Of a stretch of DNA of 29,970 nucleotides, positions 20,307-29,970 are shown in pieces. Position numbers and translations under genes: made by a program. The notes beneath the pieces were generated by a model. The model ran no database searches. It worked only from the letters and a program-made list of their open reading frames with translations, and was not told where the DNA came from. The DNA comes from Octopus sinensis (taxonomy: Eukaryota): positions 1-29,970 of the forward strand of contig NW_021832669.1 of assembly GCF_006345805.1 (NCBI RefSeq). Direction: 5' to 3'. Position 1 is the first letter of the stretch; each line of letters opens with the position of its first letter.

Positions 20307-21899
20307 CTCACGCACAGCATACTTCCATAGGTCTCGGTCTCTAGTCATTTCCTTGGTGAGACCTAAAGTTCGAAGGTCGTGCTTCACCACCTCGACCCAG
20401 GTTTTCCCGGGTCTACCTCTTCCACAGGTTCCCTCAACTGCTAGGGTGTAGCACTTTTGCACACAACTATCTTCAGCCATTCTTGTCACATGACCATACC
20501 AGCGCAGCCGTCTCTCTTGCACACCACAACTGACGCTTCTTAGGTTCAACTTTTCTCTCAAGGTACTTACACTCTGACGATTATGAACACTGACATTACA
20601 CATCCATCGGAGCATACTGGCTTCATTTCTTGTGAGCTTCCGCATATCCGCAGCAGTCACGGCCCATGTTTCACTACCATGTAGCATGGCTGTATGTACA
20701 CATGCATCATACAGTCTGCCTTTTACTCTGAGCGAGAGGCCTTTTGTCACCAGCAGGGGTAAGAGCTCTCTAAACTTTGCCCAGGCTATTCTTACTCTCG
20801 CAGTTACACTTTCAGCACACCCACCCCCGCTACTGACTTTGTCTCCTAGGTAGCGGAAGCTATCAACTACTTCTAGTTTGTCTACCTGGAACGTGGTAGA
20901 AGTTGGTCTCTGCACATTTCCAGTGTTTATTGCTCCTGAGCATCTGCCACAAACTATTTTCCTAGTTAGCCTTCCTTTGACATTGCTGCACCTCTTATGT
21001 GTCCATAGCTTACACTTGGTGCACCTTATAGAATTTCTACCTACACCTTTTTTACAGATCGAGCAGGGCCATCTACCTGAAGTCGTTTGTGATTGGTCCA
21101 CCTTCCTACTTATTAGGACTTTGGTTTTGGCTAGGTTGATTCTAAGGCCCTTCGATTCTAATCCTTGTTTCCACACCTGAAACTTCTCCTCCAGTTCTGA
21201 TAGTGACTCAGCAATTAGAGCAAGGTCATCAGCATAGAGGAGCTCCCAGGGGCATCCTGTCTTGAATTCCTCCGTTATTGCCTGGAGGACTATGATAAAT
21301 AGGAGGGGACTGAGGACTGAACCTTGGTGGACCCCAACCTCTACCCGGAATTCTTCACTGTACTCGTTGCCAACCCTCACCTTACTAGCTGCGTCTCTGT
21401 ACATGGCTTGCACAGCTCTCACTAACCATTCATCTATCCCTAGTTTCCTCATTGACCACCAGATAAGGGATCGGGGGACCCTGTCAAAGGCTTTCTCCAA
21501 GTCAACAAAAGCCAGGTACAAGGGCTTATCTTTGGCTAGGTATTTCTCCTGCAGCTGTCTTACCAGGAATATAGCATCAGTAGTACTTTTCCCTGGCACG
21601 AACCCAAACTGCATATCATCTAAGCTAACTCTCTCTCTAATTAATTGGGCTATAACCCTCTCCGTAACCTTCATTACCTGATCCAGCAGCTTGATGCCCC
21701 TGTAGTTATTTGTATCTAGGGCGTCGCCTTTACCTTTGTAGCAGTTGACTATTATGCTGCTACACCAGTCATTGGGTATGACTCCTTCGTGTATCACCTG
21801 GTTAACTATACGGGTGACTAAGCTATAGCCGACACTACCAGATATTTTGAGCATCTCTGCAGTAATTCCTGATGGGCCTGGGGCTTTCCCTGTTTTCAT
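20289..21899 (-). CDS. RTE reverse transcriptase portion of the ORF (536 aa open stretch)
   Basis: ORF track translation contains the RT motifs and C-terminal RRLRWYGHV...RGRP typical of RTE elements. It is the distal part of a frameshifted ORF starting at about 23386. Confidence 0.9.
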   Translation of the reverse strand: MKTGKAPGPSGITAEMLKISGSVGYSLVTRIVNQVIHEGVIPNDWCSSIIVNCYKGKGDALDTNNYRGIKLLDQVMKVTERVIAQLIRERVSLDDMQFGFVPGKSTTDAIFLVRQLQEKYLAKDKPLYLAFVDLEKAFDRVPRSLIWWSMRKLGIDEWLVRAVQAMYRDAASKVRVGNEYSEEFRVEVGVHQGSVLSPLLFIIVLQAITEEFKTGCPWELLYADDLALIAESLSELEEKFQVWKQGLESKGLRINLAKTKVLISRKVDQSQTTSGRWPCSICKKGVGRNSIRCTKCKLWTHKRCSNVKGRLTRKIVCGRCSGAINTGNVQRPTSTTFQVDKLEVVDSFRYLGDKVSSGGGCAESVTARVRIAWAKFRELLPLLVTKGLSLRVKGRLYDACVHTAMLHGSETWAVTAADMRKLTRNEASMLRWMCNVSVHNRQSVSTLREKLNLRSVSCGVQERRLRWYGHVTRMAEDSCVQKCYTLAVEGTCGRGRPGKTWVEVVKHDLRTLGLTKEMTRDRDLWKYAVREKTRQD

Positions 21900-24010
21900 G
21901 CTTCTAATTGCCTTATCTACTAAGGAACTGTTAACTCGGATTGCTGGTCCCTCTGTTGGGTCGACATTCGGCAGACTCTCTTTATCCTATTCATTTTCCT
22001 CATTCAGCAACCTTTCATAGTGGCGTCTCCAAGCCTCTCTCTTTGCATCCTCATTTAGCGCAAGTGAACCGTCATCCTTGCGAACACATTTCTCTCCTAC
22101 CACGTCACGATTCTCTCTCACACACTGTCTTGCAACACGAAATACCTCAAGTCTTTCATCCTCACGGCGCAGGACATTGGCAAATTTTTCCTTATCTGCC
22201 TCCCCTCTGGCTAGATAGACCTGTCTCCTAGCTTCCCTTCTGGCAGTCTGATACACTTCCCTGCTACCACCGTTCTTCCAGGCCTTCCAAGCCTGTTTCT
22301 TTTGTCTAATAGCCCTGTCAACAATATGTTCCACCACCACGTTATTTTGGGTCTTAAGGGGACTTTGCACCAGCCACAGATCTGGTCAGTGGCTTTCAGC
22401 AGGTTGTCCCTCAGAAGCGTCCAGTTGTCTTCTACCCCATGCGTAGCTATACCCCCTTCCATTTCGTCAAAGGCTTCAAGTAACATGTCTCTAAATCTCT
22501 GTCCATTCGCAGGGTCTTTAAGCTTCCAGACCCTTCTTCTCCATGTTGGTCGTCTTCTAGTCACCCTCTTAGTCCTGATCCTAAAGTCACTAACTACCAG
22601 TCTATGTTGTGGGGTGCATTCTTCGCCTGGGAAGGTTTTGGCATTTATAAGCAGCCACCTTTCCCTTTTTCTGGCAAGGATGTAGTCGATTTGGCTAGTA
22701 TGCCGGCCCGATCGCTAGGTGACCAGGTGGCTTGTCGGTTTCCTGAAGTTAGTGTTGCAAACCATAAGACTATTCGCATCGCAGAACTCCAGCAGCCTGG
22801 TTCCCTCCTCGTTGCGGGAACCATAACCGTAGCCTCCATGCACGCCATGGAATCCCCCAGCACATCGTCCAACATGCCCATTGAAGTCACCAGCTACAAA
22901 GAGAAGGTCCTGTCGTTCGTCAATGATGTGTCTGCAGTAGGGTGTCATAGAAACAGTCTTTCTGTCCATCAGGTAGCCCTGGCTGAGGGGCATAGGCCGA
23001 TATAATAGTTGCTAAACTATGATGGAGCACTACTAATCTTAATTATTCTGTCACATACTCTGACTACCTCGATTACCCTATCTACCCATTTTTCGGCGAT
23101 AAGCATGCCACACACCCCCGACCCCGTCAGTATTCCCAGCCCAGAAAATCTTGTACCTCTGTCCTTTGCCTGTGAGGAACCTAGCAGAACCTCCTCTCCA
23201 CCTCACTTCTTGAATGCAGCATATATCAACACACCTCCGTTCAAGCAATTCAACGATCTCGCCAGATCTGCCTTTCAGTGTGCCAACGTTGAGGGTGCCA
23301 ACCCTGAGGGTGGGGGTGGGTGGGGTGGTATTGGCCCTAGTAGCGTCATGGACCTGAAAAGAAAACTCGCGTTTGGCAGGATTCATAGACAAACAATAGA
23401 ACTTAAGTTCAAACCGCGTACACAACACTAAACATATCTTGCAATGAATGACCACTACCTTTTATGGAAGGAGGTGGGGTGGCGTAAGACTTTGAAGTGT
23501 ACAAGGGAGACAAGGATGGAAAATTCAGGACTTCCTGTACCGGTGGAGGGGGTGGGAGGGCGGGTGCACCGCGAAAACCGGCAGCCATTCCTTTCTTAGG
23601 AGAGAAATAGTTATTAGTTGGTATAAATACCTAAATTTTGCCTAATCTATGGGAGAAGCGTGAGTGATAAAGAGCTATAAATTATAAATACATTTATTCT
23701 ATATCTACGAGGCGTGAGACGGATCGATAAAATTAGGGGCAAGCTATAAGATTAAATATATATTTAACACAAGACATGAGACAACGATATATAATTAAGA
23801 TGAACTATAGAATTATATGTACACATTAAAAAACACGAGGCGTGAGGCTGCATTACACAAGTCATAACAATAATAATAGAGATAAAACAGGGCTAACTAA
23901 AAGATCAGATCAATTGCAGATAGATAAGTAGGTAGGTACGGGATGAAATTAAATTTAGATTGCTTAACTTGGATTCATTTTTCGTAGGAAGTCAGCAACA
24001 GTTTGAATTC

Positions 24011-24157
24011 GGGTTCAGCAAAGATATGCCTTACCACATACCAAAGTTTAGAAATAGCAGCCAAAAAACCTTAGCTATTTCTTCTACTTTAAAAAGAACT
24101 CCCAGAAAAACTATTTCCAAACTTCGGTATGTGGTAAAGCATATCTTTGCTGAACCC
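24011..24157. mobile_element. 147-bp MITE or hairpin element with 47-bp TIRs
   Basis: 24011-24057 versus the reverse complement of 24111-24157 gives 44/47 matches, all mismatches being transitions. A TA flanks the right end, while the left flank reads TC. Confidence 0.75.
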
Positions 24158-24669
24158 TAATTATAAAGTATTACTTAAGTTTACCGTGAAATGGTCCTTT
24201 TTCATGCTGAATTCTACTTGGTGAAATTATTGATTACTTCTTAATTAATTAATTTTACCCTTTGTTGGATAAGAACAGCAATGCAAAAAATGGAGGTCAA
24301 ATGGTAAGCCTGCATGATGTCCAACATCATGTTCTCCATCTTCATGTATTTTCTCCTTTCACCATAATCCTACTATCTCCTGATATGTAACCTTGAGCAC
24401 TACCTTTACAGCTTATTTCTCTAGCATATCATATACTCCCCATTTCCCATCTAGTTTTGGATTTTTTATTTTCCCTTTTCACCTATCTCTTTATGGTTCT
24501 GAAAACAGAATTAAACCTGAATCTTGTATCCTACAGAGTTGGATGTCACACATGGAATCTCAACATCATGTAATCTGTTCTATGGCAGGGACATAGATCA
24601 GAAGTCACAAAATATTTCCAAATCTAGGATGTAAATGGAATGAACTTTGCCTCTTATTACACATTATAT

Positions 24670-25125
24670 TTATCAAATGAGTAAACTATATATATATATA
24701 TATATATACATACACGCACGCATATACCTACATATACATACACATATATACCTACACCAGTCATATACATACCTACATACACATACATCCATATATCTAT
24801 ACATATACATACACATATATATACACATGCACATACTAATACACATACGCATATCTACGCACATACACGCACACACATCTATCTACATATATAAAAAAGA
24901 AACCCAACAAGTCCATACATATACACACATACACATACATACATATACACATATATACCCATACATATATACACACATATATACACACACACATATATAC
25001 ACACATGTATATATATATATATACACATACATATACATACACACACATCTACATACACATACATATACATCCGTACGCACACCCATATACATACATACAT
25101 CCACACAGAGGTATACAGGCATATA

Positions 25126-25168
<43 letters not shown>

Positions 25169-25466
25169 TATATATATATATACACACGCGAACGCACACA
25201 AATACACATATATATACCAATACACATACGCATACACACACGCGCATCTATATATACATAAATACATACATGCATACAAACATATACATATATACATACA
25301 TGCATACTCAAATAATAAATAATAAATATATATATGTGCAATTACCCATCATACAGACGGATACATACATATAAACATACACATGTATACCTATTTACAC
25401 ATATATACCTACATACATACACATACACATAAATCTACATACCTACATATACATAAACACACAAGC

Positions 25467-25506
<40 letters not shown>

Positions 25507-25645
25507 ACATACATATATATACACATATACATACATACATACACACACGTATGTAAATACACGCACACACATACATACGTATATCCATACCTACACCCAT
25601 ACATATCTATACATATATACATGTGTACACATACAATATGTGAAT
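24670..25645. repeat. Mixed (CA/TA/CATA)n low-complexity tract downstream of the Penelope-like ORF
   Basis: Direct inspection. It explains the many YIYI/CVCV ORFs. Confidence 0.95.
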
Positions 25646-25649
25646 AGTC

Positions 25650-27075
25650 TTAGGAGAGAAGGTAATTGGGGGTGTTGAGGGAACGGTGGGGTGGGGGTTG
25701 TGGGTGGGTGTCGTCAATCGGGTTGCCGGGTGGGTCTGTAGTTTTTGTAGTTTGCATAAATTTTGTGCATACAATTTGGGGAGTGTTCCGAGATCTTGTT
25801 GAGGAGAGGGCCTTTGGCGAACAAGATCTCCAGGCTCTCAGAAATGCAAAGGTCACAGCAGGTATGGCCTCCTGTGTACGAACGCGCCCTCTGTAGTAGT
25901 CTCCACGTGATCTTGAAGGGGATGGAGTTCCTTTTAAGGTACCAGATGTGGGCGGCGAGAGTAGTTTGGTTAGATTTGTCAGGTCGCCGGAACGAATGTG
26001 TGTGGGCGTACCAACGAGTCTTAAAGCTGTTTGACGTCATTCCGATGTACGATTTTCTTTCATCATCGGGGCCTGATCGTACCTCGCATGTGTAGACGAG
26101 TTGTTGTTGAGGGGGCAAGTGGTTTTATCAGGGCAGTTGCAATTGCTTTCGGATGTTGGATGGGCCTCGGAAAAAGTAGATTTATTAAGTTTTTTCACGT
26201 TATTGTTGGCTAGGTTCCTGGCTAGATTGGGCGTGGTGGAGTAGGAGAGTCTAATGGTGTTCTTATTTAGGATTGTATAGTACTTATGTTGGGTGGGGAA
26301 GTGTTTTTGTAGGAGAGTGAAGAAAATTTTAGCTACAGGTGTAGCGACCTCACGGTTGAAGGGGGGGGGGGGTTGTACCAGCTAATGTGTCTTCGCCTAT
26401 TTTTCCTGGGTTGGCTAGGGGCTATGCTACTGTAGGTGATCTTATCTTTAAAGCCACTGCGGGCCAGGGCCTCGTTGTAATAGGGGGCTGCGGCGTTAAA
26501 GATATCTTCAGTAGCGGACAGGCTAGATATTCTAATTGAGACACTTTTCACTAGGTTGTCTAATATATTTTTGGGGTGGTTAGAATTAATGTCTATATAT
26601 CTAAGGGATTCATTTGGTTTATGGTACGTGTAATAAAGTGAGGTTTTTAAGTCGAGGGTAACGTCAAGGAAGTTAGCTTTGGTTAAGTTGGATTCTAAGG
26701 TAATCCTAAGGCCTAAGTTTTTAAAAAAAGTGTAAAGGTTTTTCCAGAACCCATCCGTGGTCATGGGGTTTATTTTGTGGAGGGCAAAAAGGCCATCATC
26801 GCGGTAAAGACCACCGGAGAGGCCTGTGAATAGGGTTTTCAGCCTATGGAGGATGAAAAGGCCCACAAGGTCATTTATTTCAGCCGAGTCGCTAGCACCC
26901 ATGCTGACGTCGAAGGGGCTCACAGATTTTTTGTTGATCCAGTGGGATCCGTCGTGGAAAAGAAAAGTCTTACGTGCATGGAGGATCACATCTTGCTCGG
27001 CCTCGGTGATGGTGGAGAACGTCCTAGCGAAGTTAATCGCGTCGATCAGCAGGCTCTCCGATATGGGGCCATGCT
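25650..27075 (-). mobile_element. 5'-truncated Penelope-like retroelement (RT plus C-terminal GIY-YIG), probably Naiad-like, with two frameshifts
   Basis: RT: FDVSMGASDSAEINDLVG, LYRDDGL, FLDVTLDL, SNHP and WYNPP. The frameshift falls at the G12 run (26361-26372). The linker reads KHFP...NKNTIRLSYS...NCNCPDKTTCPL. The second frameshift or deletion is at about 26100. GIY-YIG: LVYTCEV...SYIGMT..FKTRW..H, CDLCISE. Stop at 25714. Confidence 0.92.
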
Positions 27076-27158
27076 GGGGCACCACCACTGAATGAGCTAC
27101 ACTAATTTGTGAACCCACCTCTGATACGTGGCACTTGATCATCAAGGGAGTTCGATGC

Positions 27159-27160
<2 letters not shown>

Positions 27161-27241
<81 letters not shown>

Positions 27242-27483
27242 TATAATATATACATATATATATATAATATAGATATATATAGTATACATAATATACATAT
27301 ATACATATATATACATATATACATATAATATACATATATATACATATATACATATATATATATATTAGATATATATATATACATATATATACTATATATA
27401 TACATATATATACATATATACATATCTATATATACATAATATATTATACATATATACCATATAAACATATATATTATATATAC

Positions 27484-27520
<37 letters not shown>

Positions 27521-27542
27521 ATATATATTATACATATATATA
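27161..27542. repeat. (TA)n-rich microsatellite
   Basis: Direct inspection. Confidence 0.95.
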
Positions 27543-27543
27543 T

Positions 27544-28306
27544 GAGGACAACAACATGCAGTTTAATGCAGGTAAGTTCCAGGCCCTGCCCTACTGGCAC
27601 ACAAAGGTAAATGACGTGAAGACTGGATACACTGGTCCAGGAAGAATTGCAATCCCTGAGTCAAAATCAGTGCGTGACTTGGGCATTGACATGAGCAATG
27701 ATGCATCTTTCCAAATGCATATTGCTAATCTGGTGATAAAATGCAGACGGCTAGCTGGATGGATTCTCCGAACTTTCAGAACAAGAGGAGAAGGAGACAC
27801 TGATGGTCCTATGAAAACATTTGTCCTCAGCCGTTTGGACTACTGCTCCCAACTTTGGTCACCACACAATATAAAACAAACAGCAGAACTCGAAGCAACT
27901 CAGAGAAGCTACACAAAGAAAATCGTCTCAATGCAAAATGTCAGCTACTGGGAAAGACTGAAGGTATTAAACCTCTTCTCCCTGGAGCGGAGGCGGGAGA
28001 GATATGCAGTGATATACATCTGAAAATCCTGGAGGGTCTTGTCCCAAACTTTGGCATTCAAAGTTACTCCAACCGCAGAACGGGGCGCCGCTGCGTGGTG
28101 CCAAGGATTCCAACATCACCATCAAAATACAGGTCCAGATACTGCAACAGCTGGGTTTCAGAGGACCACAGCTCTTTAACATCCTCCCTAAATGCCTGAG
28201 AGACTTACATGGTGTGGATGTGGGTTTCTTTAAAACTAAACTGGATCTCTTCTTGTTGGGAGTCCCAGATGAACCTACCTCACGACAGGAGACACGGATG
28301 CGGACA
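27544..28306 (+). mobile_element. CR1-group LINE fragment (RT thumb and C-terminus), truncated at both ends and defective
   Basis: NNMQFNAGKFQ, VRDLGI, LDYCSQLWSP, LEATQRSYTK and SYWERLKVLNLFSLERRRERY, then a disrupted W(K)I, and later FKTKLDLFLLGVPDEP. Confidence 0.8.
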
Positions 28307-28377
28307 CATGAAAGCCAAGTACGACTGTTAGCTCACACGGACAGGGCAAATAAAAAATAACAAAAATACAGATTATT

Positions 28378-28453
28378 TTGGGACAATTGTTTCGCTATCA
28401 ATGAATTAAATGTAATATTACTTCCAATAATCCATTTGTAGCTCGTCAGCCAA
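28378..28453 (-). ncRNA. Type I hammerhead ribozyme motif with an intact core
   Basis: Minus strand: TTGG-CTGACGA-GCTA..(~41 nt)..TAGC-GAAA-C-AATT-G-TC-CCAA. G10.1-C11.1 is canonical, the cleavage triplet is GUC, and helix III is the palindromic CAATTG. Confidence 0.88.
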
Positions 28454-29255
28454 GACTATCTGGATGAAATCCACTCAATCACACGCCAGGTTTTACCATA
28501 ACGATAAATACGCGTGTGGTTCAATTGATTACATCCGACGTTATAATTCAAATGCCCCAACCAACAGCGCACCAAACTCTCACGGAAACAAATACAGCAT
28601 TTAGAAATAAATGCATCATAATTATAATTAATTAATAAGGGTGAGAGAATTAGATACTAATTTAATAGTATATTTATTCCACACCAAGTGGCCTAGTGCT
28701 ACGAGAAACCTGATTATTATAATATTTTATAACATATTATAATTCATATTATAATTACATTTAATTCATTGATAGCGAAACAATTGTCCCAAAAAATCTG
28801 TATTCTTGTTATTTTTTATTTGCCCTGTCCGTGTGAGCTAACAGTCGTACTTGGCTTTCATGGGAACATTATTTTCGTGGTTGAGGTTGCTTGAACCTTG
28901 GATTAACTGGTGCTAGAGTGATCAATATAGTGGACCACTCTCTTATATTATTTTGTGAGAAAATATTATAATATGTCATAAAATATTATAATAATCCAGG
29001 TTTCTCGTAGCACTAGGCACTGATGTGGAATAAATATACTATTAAATTAGTATCTAATTCTCTCACCCTTATTAATTAATTATAATTATGATGCATTATT
29101 TCTAAATGCTGTGTATTGTTTCATTCCGTGAGAGTTGGTGCGCTGTGGTTGGGGCATTTGAATTATAACGTCGGATGTAATCAATTGAACCACACGCGTA
29201 TTTATCGTTATGGTAAAACCTGGCGTGTGATTGAGTGGATTTCATCCAGATAGTC

Positions 29256-29331
29256 TTGGCTGACGAGCTACAAATGGATTATTGTAAGTAATATTACATT
29301 TAATCATTGGATAGCGAAACAATTGCCCCAA
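29256..29331 (+). ncRNA. Type I hammerhead motif with a U16.1->C change (GCC instead of GTC), predicted inactive
   Basis: CTGACGA 29260-29266, GAAA 29316-29319, CAATTG, then CC at 29326-29327. Confidence 0.7.
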
Positions 29332-29786
29332 AAATAATCTGTATTTTTGTTATTTTTTATTTGCCCGTCCCCGTGTGAGCTAACAGTCGTACTTGGCTTT
29401 CATGGGAACATGTATTTTCGTGGTGAACTTTTGGATTAACTGCTGTGCTAGAGTGATCATATAGTGACCACTCTCTTATATTTATTTGTGAAAATATTAT
29501 AATATGTTATAAAATATTATAATATCCAGGTTTCTCGTAGCACTAGGCCACTTGGTGTGGAATAAATATACTATTAAATTAGTATCTAATTCTCTCACCC
29601 TTATTAATTAATTATAATTATGATGCATTTATTTCTAAATGCTGTATTTGTTTCCGTGAGAGTTTGGTGCGCTGTTGGTTGGGGCATTTGAATTATAACG
29701 TCGATGATGTAATCAATTGAACCACACGCGTATTTATCGTTATGGTAAAACCTGGCGTGTGATTGAGGGATTTCATCCAGATAGTC

Positions 29787-29864
29787 TTGGCTGACGAGCT
29801 ACATAAGATTGATTATTGTAAGTAATATTACATTAATTCATTGATAGCGAAACAATTGTCCCAA
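29787..29864 (+). ncRNA. Type I hammerhead ribozyme motif with an intact core
   Basis: TTGG 29787-29790, CTGACGA 29791-29797, GCTA/TAGC stem II, GAAA 29849-29852, CAATTG, cleavage after C29860, CCAA 29861-29864. Confidence 0.88.
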
Positions 29865-29970
29865 AATAATTCGGTATTTTTGTTATTTTTTATTTGCCCT
29901 GTCCGTGTGAGCTAACAGTCGTACTTGCTTTCATGGGAAACATGTATTTTCGTGGTTGAAACTTTTGGAT

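Larger units (their letters stand above)
19027..23600 (-). mobile_element. Near-full-length RTE-clade LINE (APE endonuclease plus RT) with several frameshifts; 5' boundary approximate
   Basis: APE motifs GTLNVGTL, CCIQEVRW, AGDFNGHVG and IDYIL at 23386-22680. RT at 21899-20289 has NYRGIKLL, QFGF, FVDLEKAFD, GVHQGSVLSP, LLYADD and FRYLG. The (ATG)n tail is at 19027-19034. Confidence 0.95.
28307..29970. repeat. ~531-bp hammerhead-containing repeat: one inverted partial copy (28307-28745, minus) and about 2.3 direct tandem copies (28754-29970, plus), continuing off the window
   Basis: CTGACGA at 29260 and 29791 gives a period of 531. The segment 28307-28745 is the reverse complement of the unit. 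Confidence 0.92.

Noticed and set aside
20632-23431. Plus-strand ORFs overlapping the RTE, and the antisense ORFs over the PLE, mariner and CR1 fragments
   Set aside because: Antisense or alternate-frame shadows of transposon coding sequence, with no independent motifs.
24250-24500. Possible minus-strand exon (acceptor-like TTTTCAG near 24500)
   Set aside because: The best frame has stops and no recognisable domain, and it cannot be linked to any gene.
24647-25600. Many YIYI/CVCV/HTHT ORFs here and at 3591-3806, 5191-5415, 7936-8121, 18155-18760 and 27102-27600
   Set aside because: They are translations of microsatellite or CT-rich tracts.

Overview
Eukaryotic, AT-rich, repeat-dense genomic DNA, most likely from an octopod cephalopod (inferred from the SINE, RTE and microsatellite content). 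There are no prokaryotic features. Most ORFs in the supplied track are artefacts of microsatellites or antisense strands. Manual splicing reveals a 5-exon minus-strand TNF-superfamily-like pseudogene at 18061->13244: cytoplasmic tail, TM helix, Ser/Thr stalk and TNF homology domain, with 3 stops and 2 frameshifts. A tandem paralogue lies about 13.5 kb away, of which only the promoter and exon 1 (4564->4395) are visible. Mobile elements include a near-full-length frameshifted RTE LINE with a triplicated 3' end, a 5'-truncated Penelope-like element (RT plus GIY-YIG), a mariner fragment, a CR1-group LINE fragment, an R4/Dong 3' end in (AAT)n, two non-autonomous Helitrons, two TIR MITEs and three tRNA-derived SINE families. 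Minimal type I hammerhead ribozyme motifs occur at 3222-3264 and in an inverted-plus-tandem ~531-bp array at 28307-29970 (Penelope pLTR or retrozyme-like).
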